A DNA stretch of 64,000 bases from Acidobacteriota bacterium. GTDB lineage: Bacteria > Acidobacteriota > UBA6911 > RPQK01 > JAJDTT01. This document shows positions 20,821-31,268 of the stretch, piece by piece. The notes under the pieces were generated by a model that did no database searches, was not told where the DNA came from, and saw only the letters and a program-made list of their open reading frames with translations. The first letter of the stretch is position 1; each line of letters starts with the position of its first letter. Position numbers and translations under genes: made by a program. The stretch lies in NCBI GenBank assembly GCA_965263035.1, contig OZ253580.1:2656001-2720000 (forward strand), read 5' to 3'.

Positions 20821-21243
20821 ATGGCCAGGAAAGGCAAGCTCTTCTACAAGATCGGCGAAGTCTGCAAGATCTGCGACGTTCCCGCTCACGTTCTGCGTTA
20901 CTGGGAGACCGAATTCCCGCTGCTGACCCCCAACAAGAACCGCTCCGGGCAGCGCATCTTTCGAGAGAAAGACATGCGACTCGTGGCCGAAATCAAACGG
21001 CTTCTGTACGACGAGGGCTACACCATCGCAGGGGCCCGCAAACAGCTTCGCCGAAACGGCGCGAACTTGCGGACGACTCCCCTGTTTTCCGAGGCCGGGG
21101 GAAACTCTTCCGGGAAACTTCTGGCCCAGATCCGGGGTGAGCTTCAGGACCTGATGAAGCTTCTGGATCAGGACCTCCCAACCTCCAACCTGCAGCCGGC
21201 GAATCAGCGACAGCCCGCCGGGAGCGACGACAACGGCGACTAG
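20821..21243 (+). CDS. MerR family transcriptional regulator
   Basis: YKIGEV...HVLRYWETEFP...LLYDEGYTIAGA. Confidence 0.9.
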   Translation: MARKGKLFYKIGEVCKICDVPAHVLRYWETEFPLLTPNKNRSGQRIFREKDMRLVAEIKRLLYDEGYTIAGARKQLRRNGANLRTTPLFSEAGGNSSGKLLAQIRGELQDLMKLLDQDLPTSNLQPANQRQPAGSDDNGD

Positions 21244-21496
21244 GAGCCTGCGCCGCAGAAATTGATCTACTGCGAAAGCGGTAGAATCGGTCCATATTTC
21301 CCCGATTTCTCGGCGAATAGAACAACTATGCACCTCAAAATCGAGAAAATCCGGCCTCGATTCCCCACTTTCTCGCTACGATCATTTCTACCGCGCAGAC
21401 TCCTGGCGGACTTTCGCGGCCGCCTGGGCCGCGCAACCGCTCGAAGGCCCTGACGGCTTTCGACACGGACTGGTATACTGGCCATCTTCCGTCGGC

Positions 21497-21573
21497 CGGG
21501 ACGTGGCGCAGTCTGGTAGCGCACCTGAATGGGGTTCAGGGGGTCGGGAGTTCGAATCTCCCCGTCCCGACCA
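21497..21573 (+). tRNA. tRNA-Pro (GGG)
   Basis: CGGGACGTGGCGCAGTCTGGTAGCGCACCTGAATGGGGTTCAGGGGGTCGGGAGTTCGAATCTCCCCGTCCCGACCA. Confidence 0.96.
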
Positions 21574-21661
21574 GCATTTTCGGAGTCGTCTCGAGCGGCG
21601 GCCCGCAAGCTGCACGGGTCGCCCCGGTCACGGCTCCGCTCCACCGGGTTGAAGGAGTTCG

Positions 21662-24060
21662 ATGCCTTCCGGAGTCCGGGTCCCCGAATCCCCTTCTGAT
21701 GATTCGACCGCGTCACGCCACCGGCCGCAAACGGAATCGCTCCCTCCGGAGGTCCGAATCCGTCTGACGTCCGCTCGCCGTTCCTTCCTTTCGCGCCTGC
21801 TTGCGGGAACTTCACTCTGGGTCCTGGGAGGTGGTGCCCGAGCGATCCGCAAGGCTGGCGAGACGACTCCCGCCTCCGATCACGAGGAAGATGTCTTTGC
21901 CTACATCGCACGTTCGAAAGGACGATTCGACCCGGCGCTCTACCGGCAACTGCTCGGCTCCGCCAACGAATTCAAGGAAGGAGACCACGCCGTCGGGGTG
22001 GCTGCACCGGACGACCGGTCGCGAGCCCAAGCCCGTGCCCTGCTGGCAAACACGCGTATCGGTCACCTGCTCGATCACCCGGTCTTCGAAGACTCGGTTT
22101 CGTCGTACATCGACACGGTCGTTGAGCGTGAGATCACCCGATCCCTCGCCGGCTGGACGCTGGCCGACCTGAAACGCTTCCTGCTCGAGAGCGAAGAAGA
22201 TGCCATCAAGGGCATCATGCCCGGTCTGCCCAGCGACATCATCGGCTGCGTCGTCAAGCTGATGAGCAACGAGGAACTGATCGCGGTCGGGCGAAAGGTC
22301 TTCAATCCGCTGCCCCACTCCAACCTCGGCGCAAAAGGGTACATGGGCGCCCGCATTCAACCGAATTCGCCCACGGACAACGTAGACGACATCCGATGGC
22401 AGGTCTTTGACGGGTGGTCCTACGCCGTTGGAGACGTCGTGCTGGGAACCAACCCGGTTTCCAGCGAGGTCGCTTCGGTCGCCTCCATCCAGAATGCACT
22501 GGCTGAGATCTTGCAGGTGTTCAGCCTGGAAGACGCGTTCCCCATTGCGTGCTCTCCCATGTCGACGTACAGGCCGCGGTGGAACGGCAGGACCCCGGAT
22601 CGACGGCGATCTGGTTCCAGAGCCTCGGCGGCGTCGCGGACGCCAATACGACCTTCGATCTTTCGGTCGAGAAGCTGGTGTCCCACACCGAGCGGCGGAC
22701 CGGGAAGTACGGTTTCTACTTTGAGACGGGACAAGGCGCCGATGCCACCAACGGTCACGGCAAAGGTTTCGACATGGTCATCCACGAGGCGCGCAAGTAC
22801 GGGTTCGCGCGCGCGCTCGTGCACGAGGTGGCCAGGGCGCAACGCGACGCCGGGCGCAGACCGGCGCCGTGGGTGCATCTGAACGACGTGGCCGGATTCA
22901 TCGGACCGGAGGTCTTTCGGACGCGCGAGCAGCTCGTTCGCTGCTGCCTGGAGGACACGGTCATGGGCAAGCTTCACGGTCTGCCCATCGGCCTCGACAT
23001 CTGCTCGACGCTGCACATGGACATCGACCTGGACGACCTCAACTGGTGCATCGAGCAGGTGATGCCGGCGAATCCGGCCTATTTGATGGCGCTGCCGACC
23101 AAGAACGACCCCATGCTGAGTTACCTGACCACGGGGTTCCTGGATCACGTCCGTGTCCGCGAGAAATTCGGGTTCAAAGTCAACGACGTGATGTGGCGTT
23201 TCTTTCAGTCCCTGAAGGTGATCGACTCGGAGGGCAGGCCCACGGAGCATTTCGGCCAGCCGACGTGGGTCTATCTGCAGTACCTGCGGGCCAAGGGCGA
23301 CAAGCGCCCGGACCGGGAGATCCTGGCCGAGGGCAGGCGCCGGATCGCGAAGATCCGGGAACGCGGCGTGTTCATCTCGGAGGGACACGGGAAGAGCTCG
23401 TGGGATCTGGAGCCTCGGCTCCGGGAGAGAATCCGCTATCTTTACCGGGATTCGAAGAAGTGCATCCGCGCCGAACTGCCGAAAGACTTCGAGACCCGGC
23501 TTCCCTCGACGATCATGGTGAGAAGCCGGTCCAGGGACCGCAACGACTACATCCTGCATCCCCCCACCGGAGAGGAATTGGACGCCGCCTCGAGGTCGAT
23601 CATTCGCCGGCTCGCCAAAGACGGTGGAGGCCGCTACGACGTGCAGCTGGTCATCTCCGACGGCTTGAACGTCTACTCGCTCACCGACGACGGCCACCTG
23701 CAGCCCTACCTGACAGCTCTTCGCGCCCGCCTCGAAGCCGCCGGCCACAAAGTCGCGCCGGAGCACATTATGGTGCGGAACGGGCGGGTCCGGGCGGGCT
23801 ACCGCATCGGCGAGATGCTCTTCGGAAATCTGCAGGAGACGGACCGCAAACGCACGATCCTGCACATCATCGGCGAGAGGCCCGGATCCGGACACCACGC
23901 CTTCTCCGTATACATGACCCGTTCACCGATCCGCACCTGGGCTCAGGCCGGTGTCACCGACCACAACATCACCAAGGTGGTTTCCGGAATCGCGGACACG
24001 GCATTGGATCCGGTGATGGCAGCCAAGGACACCGTGAGGATCCTGGCACGGACAGCGTAG
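21662..24060 (+). pseudogene. eutB: Fused ethanolamine ammonia-lyase EutB-EutC with Tat-like signal, split by a 1-nt frameshift at ~22540-22543 (possibly a sequencing error)
   Basis: ANEFKEGD, RIQPNSPTD, GDVVLGTNP, YFETGQG, NDVAGFIGPE and LEDTVMGKLHGL (EutB); VISDGLN, GRVRAG and IIGERPG (EutC). Adding one C restores FP-HCVLSHVDVQ. Confidence 0.85.
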
Positions 24061-24081
24061 CCCTGGAACGAAGGGGCAGCC

Positions 24082-24996
24082 TCAACTTCGCAGCCGAAGC
24101 ATGCGAGCGCCGTTGTCGCAGGTGATTCTCCTCAACACCAAGGGGTCGGGGAGATACTCCCTCAGCCGGTCCAACGAGCGCTGGGCGATACAATATCCGC
24201 GCGGGTAGGTCGCTCCCTTGCCGTCGTGGCAGAAGCAGTCGCTCCCCCAGAGCAGCTTGCGCGAATGCCGGACAACGAAATCGGCGGCGAAGTCGGGGTC
24301 CCGGCTGAGGGAGTTGAGTCCCGACCCGGCCGAGAGGTCCCCGAACATGTTGGGAAAGTCGGCCAGGAGCTTGTCGCTGAGGCCGCCCTTGAGGACCCGG
24401 CCCTCTCCCCTGCCGTCCCGGCTGATGTTGGCCCACCAGGTTCCGGCATGGCCCAGAAAATTGACCTGAGGATACTGCTCGAGTATCTTGTGAAACCGGT
24501 CCAGGCCGTGATTGTGTCTGGAGCCGAAATGGAGCAGGACGGGGACTCCGTACTCCCGAGCCACGTCGTAGACTCTGCGCATGGGAGCGGAGTCGGCATC
24601 CACTTCGAACTTCTGCTCGCCGATGCCCAGAGCTCCTTTCTCCAACTGCTCGCGCAGAGCCTGGACTGCGTCTTCCCGCTCCGGATCCACGTTGCAGAAA
24701 GTGACCACCTCTTCCGGATACTTGCGGACGTGACTCCAGGCCGCCCCGTTTCCGCTGATCCTCCCATTCATCCAGCCGTCCCCCGGGAGCAGGACCGTGG
24801 TCTTGACCCGGTGGAACCTCTGGTGCCGCATGAGCGTCTCGGCCGGCCGCTGGTCGAAGTCCGGGTGCTGGTGAATGTCAAGGATGGGCAGGGGTTTGGC
24901 AGCCTCGGCCCCAGTACCGGAAGCGGCCAGCAGCGGGAGACCCAGACCGGCCCCTCCGGCCCGGCGCAACAGCTCCCGGCGATCGATCCGCATCAT
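24082..24996 (-). CDS. Amidohydrolase family 2 protein, Tat-exported
   Basis: DRRELL signal; LDIHQH, GIGEQK, FLGHA and WGSD motifs. Confidence 0.85.
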   Translation of the reverse strand: MMRIDRRELLRRAGGAGLGLPLLAASGTGAEAAKPLPILDIHQHPDFDQRPAETLMRHQRFHRVKTTVLLPGDGWMNGRISGNGAAWSHVRKYPEEVVTFCNVDPEREDAVQALREQLEKGALGIGEQKFEVDADSAPMRRVYDVAREYGVPVLLHFGSRHNHGLDRFHKILEQYPQVNFLGHAGTWWANISRDGRGEGRVLKGGLSDKLLADFPNMFGDLSAGSGLNSLSRDPDFAADFVVRHSRKLLWGSDCFCHDGKGATYPRGYCIAQRSLDRLREYLPDPLVLRRITCDNGARMLRLRS

Positions 24997-25001
24997 GGCG
25001 T

Positions 25002-26561
25002 CTACTCTTGCCAGCCCAGACCGAAGACCCGCTCTTCTCCCGGATCGTACAGGCAGGTCACCACGAAGAGATCCTCTTTCCGGGATCGTTCCGGTGGAAT
25101 GTTGACCTGCACATAGGTGAAACCGCGGGCGACCCAGCTGACGTAACCCTCCCGGGGAGAGACCGGCGCCGGGTGTCCGTTGACTCGAAGTTCGGAGATG
25201 CGAGCCTTGGGGTAGGGAACCCGAAGGCGCAGTGAGAGCCCATGTTCGATGGGCTCGCTCGCGGACTCCGGCGGGAGCTCCGACCGGTCGGCGCGGCCCG
25301 ACACCAGATGAAGATGCGCCTTGAATTGGCCGTCCGCATCGGGATGGTCCTTCAGGGCCAGCCGTATGGGCTCACCGTCGACGGCGGGATGCTCGCCGAT
25401 TCGCCTGGAGAACCGGGGCAGGCTCTTGTCCGAGAGCCAGCGGCGGGCCGCGCTGCCGGTGGTGGCGCATACGAAAAGGACCATCCCCTCCGTCTGAGGA
25501 TTGTTGAGCCCGGTGACGATCTGCCCCTGCTTGTTCCAGAGCTCCACCCGGGACCGGCGGCGTGTGGCGGCCGTCTCCCCATAGGCGGTGACGAAGTGGA
25601 GCTCGTTCTTGAGGATGACCCGTGTGGGGTAGCCGGGATAGTACTCCCCGGGCCAGATCTCCTGGCCGATCTCCAGCAGCCGGCGATGACGAAGGAAGCT
25701 GCTCCGTTCCCACGCGTTCTCGTTGGCGAAGGCCAGCGTGTGGAAGCGTTCGTAGCCGTAGGTGGCCGCATAGTAGAGGGGCCTCCCTTTCCACAACTTG
25801 GACCCCAGCTCCTGCAGCTCGGGGCCCCAGAAGATCCGTTCCGCATCCTGCTCCAGCTGGTCCGAGGGGTAGCCCTCGGCCAGAGCGGCCTGATCCATCT
25901 GCCGGGTGATCTCGTGCTTGTACGACCGCAGGGAGATGTTGGAGTACGCCGCCCCCGAGTTCTCCGCCATGATGTATCCGCGAAACTGCATGCCGGTTCC
26001 GTGGTAGTCGGCATGAAGCTCGGCTTGGAACTCGTCCATGAGACTCTTTGCGGCCAAGGCTTCCGGCATCTGTTCCGGATACAGCGGCCCCTGTCGATTC
26101 CACTCCCTGTAGGCATCCCGATTGAGGCTGTTGCGAAGGCTTCCGGCCACGTAGCCGTCCGGGTTGACCACCGGCATGAAGGCGATCACCTGTCCCCGGA
26201 GGATTTCCCGAGCACCCGGACTCCCCTGCAGCAACCAGTCCATGAGATAGAAGATGCCGGTGGCGGCCGAACGCTCCCCCCCGCAGTGGAGCGCCGTGAT
26301 CAGGACATGCTCCTTCTGATCGGCGGGGGACTCGGGATCGGTCAGGACGGCCGCCAGCAATGGCCTGCCCTGGGCCGTGGTCCCCAGCTTCCGGAGCTTC
26401 ATGATCCTGGGATAGGACTTCTGCCACTCCAGCAGCCGGTTCTCGAGTTGGGAAAAGGAGGGGTGGACGGCGGGACCAAATTTGGGGCCGGAGGGAGTGG
26501 CCCCAAATGTCGAAAGGCCGCAGAGCAGAACTGCCGGAACCAGACCGGCGGCTTTCTTCAT
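25002..26561 (-). CDS. M14 family zinc carboxypeptidase, secreted
   Basis: HCGGE zinc motif, PVVNPDG and ADYHG; signal peptide from MKKAAG (ORF extends to 26621). Confidence 0.82.
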   Translation of the reverse strand: MKKAAGLVPAVLLCGLSTFGATPSGPKFGPAVHPSFSQLENRLLEWQKSYPRIMKLRKLGTTAQGRPLLAAVLTDPESPADQKEHVLITALHCGGERSAATGIFYLMDWLLQGSPGAREILRGQVIAFMPVVNPDGYVAGSLRNSLNRDAYREWNRQGPLYPEQMPEALAAKSLMDEFQAELHADYHGTGMQFRGYIMAENSGAAYSNISLRSYKHEITRQMDQAALAEGYPSDQLEQDAERIFWGPELQELGSKLWKGRPLYYAATYGYERFHTLAFANENAWERSSFLRHRRLLEIGQEIWPGEYYPGYPTRVILKNELHFVTAYGETAATRRRSRVELWNKQGQIVTGLNNPQTEGMVLFVCATTGSAARRWLSDKSLPRFSRRIGEHPAVDGEPIRLALKDHPDADGQFKAHLHLVSGRADRSELPPESASEPIEHGLSLRLRVPYPKARISELRVNGHPAPVSPREGYVSWVARGFTYVQVNIPPERSRKEDLFVVTCLYDPGEERVFGLGWQE

Positions 26562-26617
26562 TCTCCTCATTTTCCGCCGGAATCCATAGGAATCAGCCCG
26601 GTCGAGAGCGGACGGGG

Positions 26618-27340
26618 TCATGGACCCGGCCCTGCTTCCGCGGCGACGGCTTCCCGCCCCGGCCGTGAATCGCTCGCCATGAACTCCAGAATCGGACCCA
26701 TGGGGTGGAGACCGGCCACCGCCAGATCCGGATCGTGGAGGCTCAATTCATCGAGCCCATAGTTGCCGGTGGCGACCGCAATGGTGATCGCGCCCGCGGC
26801 CCGGCCGTGCCGGATGTCCCGGGGCGTATCGCCGATGACGAAAACTTCGTCGGGAACCAGCGGCGCCGTCAATTCGCTGCCGCGGCGGATGGCTGCTCGG
26901 ATCAGCTCCGTTCGATCGCCGGAATCGGAGCCGTATCCGCCGAAGGGAAAGTAGGAGCTGAGCCCGGCCCTTTCCACCTTCATTCGCGCCCCGGTCTCGA
27001 CGTTTCCGGTGGCCAGTCCGATCAGGAAATTCGGATCCGCCGAAAGCTGGATCACCAGCTCTCGCGCCCCGGCCAGGACTTGGAAGTTGGGGCTCCGGCG
27101 GATCTCGTCCGGCAAGATGGACAGATAGATGTCGTAGAGCTCCGGTCCGGGTTCATCGTCCAAATCATATTTGGAGATGAGTTCCTGAATGATGAGTGGA
27201 TCGGTCTTTCCGTCGAACCGAATCGACGTCGAATCGGGCTCGATCCCATACCGAATCTGGAAGGCACGGTGCAAGGACCGGGTGCCGACCCCTCCGGATA
27301 AAAGGAGGGTGCCGTCGATGTCGAAGAGGACCAGCCTCAT
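26618..27340 (-). CDS. HAD family hydrolase (phosphoglycolate phosphatase-like)
   Basis: LFDIDGTL, LATGN and IGDTPRD motifs. Confidence 0.9.
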   Translation of the reverse strand: MRLVLFDIDGTLLLSGGVGTRSLHRAFQIRYGIEPDSTSIRFDGKTDPLIIQELISKYDLDDEPGPELYDIYLSILPDEIRRSPNFQVLAGARELVIQLSADPNFLIGLATGNVETGARMKVERAGLSSYFPFGGYGSDSGDRTELIRAAIRRGSELTAPLVPDEVFVIGDTPRDIRHGRAAGAITIAVATGNYGLDELSLHDPDLAVAGLHPMGPILEFMASDSRPGREAVAAEAGPGP

Positions 27341-27491
27341 GGCGGGGATTATAGCAGTCGATGATGAAGACCGGACAAGGGAGGAGAGAGGAATGAGGAG
27401 TGAGAAGTGAGAGAAGAACCGGACGGCGCCGGGCTCGGCGTTCTGCCGCGAAATCACCGGGGGACGGCCCGGCGAAGAATTCCCTCTCTTC

Positions 27492-28479
27492 TCATTTCTC
27501 TTGCCGCATCCGGTCCAGAACCTCCGGATTGACCAGATTGTCTTCGGTGGGACGCCTCCCTTCGAGCACCGCCATCATGTCCCCCGCCACCGTCTCCAGC
27601 ACTCCCCGCTGGGCCCCCAGAGTCGCGCTCCCCACGTGAGGAGTCAGGACCGCGCCAGGGTGGCGAAACAGGGGGTGAGACCGGTCGGGCGGCTCGTCCA
27701 GGAAGACGTCGAGGGCCACGGCCTGCAGACGGCCCGTCTCCAGGGCCTCAAAGAGCAGGTCGTGGCTTTCCACCAGGGCCCCGCGTCCCAGGTTGACCAG
27801 GATCGATCCCGGCTTGAAGCTCCCGATGTTCTCCGAGTTGATGAGTCCGCGCGTCTCCCGGTTGAGCGGAGGGTGGAGAGTCACGATGTCGGATCTCCCC
27901 AAAAGCTCGAGCAACGGAACCGCTTCGACGCCGTCGTCCGTCATCTCACCTGGCGTCAGGTTGGGACCATTCACCAGAACCCTGCAATCGAAAGGCGCCA
28001 GGAGCCTCCGGACCTGCCTGCCGATGCGGCCGTACCCGACGATTCCCACCGTGGCCCCTCGCAGGTCCAGGTTCCGCCTCCGATAGCGGTCTTTCCACTC
28101 CCCTTCCAGAAGCACGCGGCGCCAGTGGGGGAGGTTCTTGGCGGCGGCCAGCATCAATGAGAGGGTGTGCTCCGCCACGGCCCAGGCCATGGCCCCGGGG
28201 GTATAGACCACCGGAATGCCCCGTCTGGACGCCTCCGGTACGTCCACCGTGTCGTAACCGACCCCCGCGCGCCCGATGACCCTCAAATTCGGAGCCGCTC
28301 TCATCATCCCGGCATCGATGAGGACCGGTCCCCGAGCCAGGATTCCGACCACCTGTGGGCCCACCCGCGCCAGGACGGCTTCCCGGGTGAACTGATCGGA
28401 GAACAGCAGGGTGCAGGGAGAAAACAGCTCGCGAGCCCACGCAGGCAGGGGCGCCGGTGGAAGCGATCGATTCAGGCAT
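27492..28479 (-). CDS. D-isomer-specific 2-hydroxyacid dehydrogenase (SerA-like); probable 1-nt frameshift near 28452
   Basis: GRAGVGYD, GIVGYGRIG, VNLGRG, LDVFLDEP and TPHVG motifs. The main frame is open upstream of GTG 28364 and joins ATG 28479 if one base is removed. Confidence 0.8.
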
Positions 28480-28515
28480 GACTGAAATCTCGAACGGCGA
28501 GGGGAACCGGACGAC

Positions 28516-29016
28516 TCAGGCCTCCTCCGTCCGACCGCCGAGGCGATGGTCCAACATGACCAGTGCCGCCGGATGGTCTCCGATCATCGCCAGTTGAGCC
28601 AGGATGTCCTGAATGGTCTTTTCCTCTTCCACCTGCTCCTGAACGAACCACTGCAGTTCGACCTCGGTAGCGTAGTCCTTCTCCTCCTGAGCCAACCGGT
28701 AGAGGTCATGAATGGTCCGTGTGACCGATTGCTCGTGGCACAGCGCTTCCTCGAACATGACCCGGGGAGACTCGAATTCCGCTTTCGGCTCGGCGATGCC
28801 GGCGAGCCGGACACGGCCCCCGCGGTTCTGAACGTAGTCGAAAAGGCGCATGGCATGGCCCCGCTCCTCTTCGCTCTGGGCGCGCATCCAGGCGGAAAAC
28901 CCGGGCAGATTCTGTGAATCACTGTAACCCGACATGGAGAGGTAAACATACGAAGAGTAGAACTCACTCTGGATCTGCTGGTTGAGGGCCTCTTCGATCT
29001 TCCGATTCAGACTCAT
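28516..29016 (-). CDS. ftnA: Non-heme ferritin
   Basis: LNQQIQSEFYSSYVYLSM, EERGHAM and WFVQEQVEEE ferroxidase motifs. Confidence 0.93.
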   Translation of the reverse strand: MSLNRKIEEALNQQIQSEFYSSYVYLSMSGYSDSQNLPGFSAWMRAQSEEERGHAMRLFDYVQNRGGRVRLAGIAEPKAEFESPRVMFEEALCHEQSVTRTIHDLYRLAQEEKDYATEVELQWFVQEQVEEEKTIQDILAQLAMIGDHPAALVMLDHRLGGRTEEA

Positions 29017-29162
29017 GCTTCCTCCTTACATTGACGTGCGTTCCGGTCCTGGAACGTCCGGTTCGTCGATCCGCCGCTGTGAGCCCCGTTCAAAGCACCC
29101 GGCAAGGGAACGGGCGGGACTCGCAGACGTTCCTATGATGACACAGAAGGGGGATCCGTTCG

Positions 29163-29198
29163 CCGGTCGAATGGCGCGACGACTCTTGCCACGGGCTG
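29163..29198 (-). repeat. Orphan end of MITE family A
   Basis: CCGGTCGAATGGCGCGACGACTCTTGCCACGGGCTG followed by CTAG; matches the end of copy 3; no partner end found. Confidence 0.7.
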
Positions 29199-29243
29199 CT
29201 AGACTACCGGTGGCTGGCGACAAGCTTCTTCGGAATCGAAACG

Positions 29244-29690
29244 ATGTCGGACTTGACCACGATTGCCCTGGGCCTTCTTTTCCTCCTTCCTTCCCTGGAG
29301 TCTCAATCCGACGTGGTGCAGGTACAGGGACGGCTGGTCTGCGTCGAGGCCGGCACCGAGTCGCAGGAACCCATCGAGTGTCCCTCCGAAGCCCCGGTTC
29401 GCGCCCTTCTGGATGAGACCGGACGTCTGTACCGGTTCCGCCTTGACGATCCCAAGGTGTCCATGTTCGACGATCCTCGGGTCCGGACGCGGGAACTCCA
29501 GATCACCGGCCGCCTGGACCCATCGGATCAGTTGGAGATCATTAGGGTCAAATCCATCGTCGGCGGACGGCCCCATTTCGTCTATTACCGGTGCGAGGTC
29601 TGCCACATCACCGCCTACGCATTCGGACCCTGCTGGTGCTGCCAGGACGAGTTCGAGTTTCGCGAGACCTTGACCCCTCCTCCTCAATGA
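29244..29690 (+). CDS. Secreted hypothetical protein with C-terminal CxxC...CxCC putative metal-binding motif
   Basis: Signal peptide; YYRCEVCHITAYAFGPCWCCQ. Confidence 0.7.
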   Translation: MSDLTTIALGLLFLLPSLESQSDVVQVQGRLVCVEAGTESQEPIECPSEAPVRALLDETGRLYRFRLDDPKVSMFDDPRVRTRELQITGRLDPSDQLEIIRVKSIVGGRPHFVYYRCEVCHITAYAFGPCWCCQDEFEFRETLTPPPQ

Positions 29691-29745
29691 CGGGACGGAG
29701 AACTGAAACCAGTCGAACCACAATTCAATTGAGGGATCACCAAAC

Positions 29746-30801
29746 ATGCTGACCGTCGATTCTCACCTGGATCTTGCCTTCAACGCCGTGGAGTGGAACC
29801 GGGACCTGACCCAACCCATCCATGCCATTCGGGAAGCGGAGGCCGGCATGGGGCAGAAGGGCAGGGGCGCGGGGGTCGTGAACTATCAGGAGTTGCGCCA
29901 GGGACGGATCAGTCTGTTCTTCGCCACGGTCCACTGCCGGATCGCTTCCCTGGGCCGGCGGTTCGCTGGGGTCCGCACCCAGGACATCGCCTACGCCAAG
30001 GCCTGGGGCGAGTTGGCCTACTATCGGATCATGGAGTCCAAGGGAGTCCTGCGCCAGATCCGCAACGTCTCAGAACTCGAATCCCATTTGGAGGAATGGG
30101 ACCGTGATCCCTCCTTCGCACCGCTGGGATACGTGCTGAGCATGGAGGGATCCGACCCCATAGTCAGCCCCGAGCAGGTGCCCGAATGGTGGGACCAGGG
30201 CCTGCGCGTGGTCAGCTTGTGCCACTACGGCGTGAGCACCTATTCCCACGGGACGGGCGCCCCGGGCGGACTGACTCCGCGAGCCCCTGCGCTGCTGCGG
30301 GCCCTGGAAGAGGCGGGAATGATTCTGGACATCAGCCACCTGGCGGAGCAGGCCTTCTGGGAAGCCCTCGACCAATTTGGCAGTCAGGCCGTGGCCACAC
30401 ACAACTGCTGCCAGGCGCTCTGCGAGGGAGACCGTCAGCTGAACGACCAGCAGATCCGGGCTCTGGTGAGCCGCGGGGGCGTCATCGGTGTCGCCCTCGA
30501 CGGCTGGATGCTCTCACCGCGTTGGAGCGGCGAGGACCAGGACAACAGCTTCATCAGCCTGGAGACCGTGGTCGACCATATGGATCACATCTGCCAATTG
30601 GCCGGCGACGCCCGCCACGCTGCCATCGGATCGGACCTGGACGGGGGATACGGGAGGGAGCAGTGTCCCCACGATCTGCACACCATCGCCGATTTGCGCA
30701 AGATTCCCGCCATTCTGGAAAAGCGCGGCTACAGCCTGGAGGACGTGACCTCCGTCATGGGCGGCAATTGGGTCCGGCTGCTTCGCGACACCTGGAGTTG
30801 A
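29746..30801 (+). CDS. Membrane dipeptidase (peptidase M19)
   Basis: DSHLD, SMEG, LDISH, ATHN and IGSDLDGG motifs. Confidence 0.9.
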   Translation: MLTVDSHLDLAFNAVEWNRDLTQPIHAIREAEAGMGQKGRGAGVVNYQELRQGRISLFFATVHCRIASLGRRFAGVRTQDIAYAKAWGELAYYRIMESKGVLRQIRNVSELESHLEEWDRDPSFAPLGYVLSMEGSDPIVSPEQVPEWWDQGLRVVSLCHYGVSTYSHGTGAPGGLTPRAPALLRALEEAGMILDISHLAEQAFWEALDQFGSQAVATHNCCQALCEGDRQLNDQQIRALVSRGGVIGVALDGWMLSPRWSGEDQDNSFISLETVVDHMDHICQLAGDARHAAIGSDLDGGYGREQCPHDLHTIADLRKIPAILEKRGYSLEDVTSVMGGNWVRLLRDTWS

Positions 30802-30841
30802 CCGCCGGTCACGACCCGCGGACGGCGCTCATGGCGTAGCG

Positions 30842-31264
30842 TCAAGTCTCCCAGAACCCGGGAACCGGAACTGCCTCGTCCTCTCCCGGCCAGGGAGGCA
30901 TGGTGACGATGAGGATGTCCAAAGGGTCGGCGCCCAGATTCCGGAATTGAAAATGGGTGCCCAGGGGGATGTCCACTGCCGTTCCCGGCCCGACCGGAAC
31001 GATTTCTCCCGAAGTGGAGTCAGGAGGCTTGCTCCACAGTTCTCCGGTCCCTCGCAGGAAGTACCAGATCTCCTCCACGCTCCGGTGCCGCACCGGGCTC
31101 GACACCTGGCCCGGGGAGAGGCTGCAGTGGACCATGCTTCCGCCTTTCAACACCGGAAGCAGGCGGATCCGGGACCCGTCAGGCGCCAGACAATCATAGC
31201 CCGCCTCACCTACTTCCAGGGCCGGCCGATCCACCAGCCGGTCAGGAATCCGCCTGGTCTGCAT
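30842..31264 (-). CDS. Cupin domain protein
   Basis: HRSVEEIWYFLRGTG...THFQFRN. Confidence 0.85.
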   Translation of the reverse strand: MQTRRIPDRLVDRPALEVGEAGYDCLAPDGSRIRLLPVLKGGSMVHCSLSPGQVSSPVRHRSVEEIWYFLRGTGELWSKPPDSTSGEIVPVGPGTAVDIPLGTHFQFRNLGADPLDILIVTMPPWPGEDEAVPVPGFWET

Positions 31265-31268
31265 GGCT

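Noticed and set aside
21574-21661. Cobalamin riboswitch before eutBC
   Set aside because: The region is too short and no B12-box motif is visible.
27380-27420. Purine-rich heptamer-like runs (also the complement type at ~32515-32570)
   Set aside because: Only two or three degenerate units; low-complexity sequence cannot be excluded.
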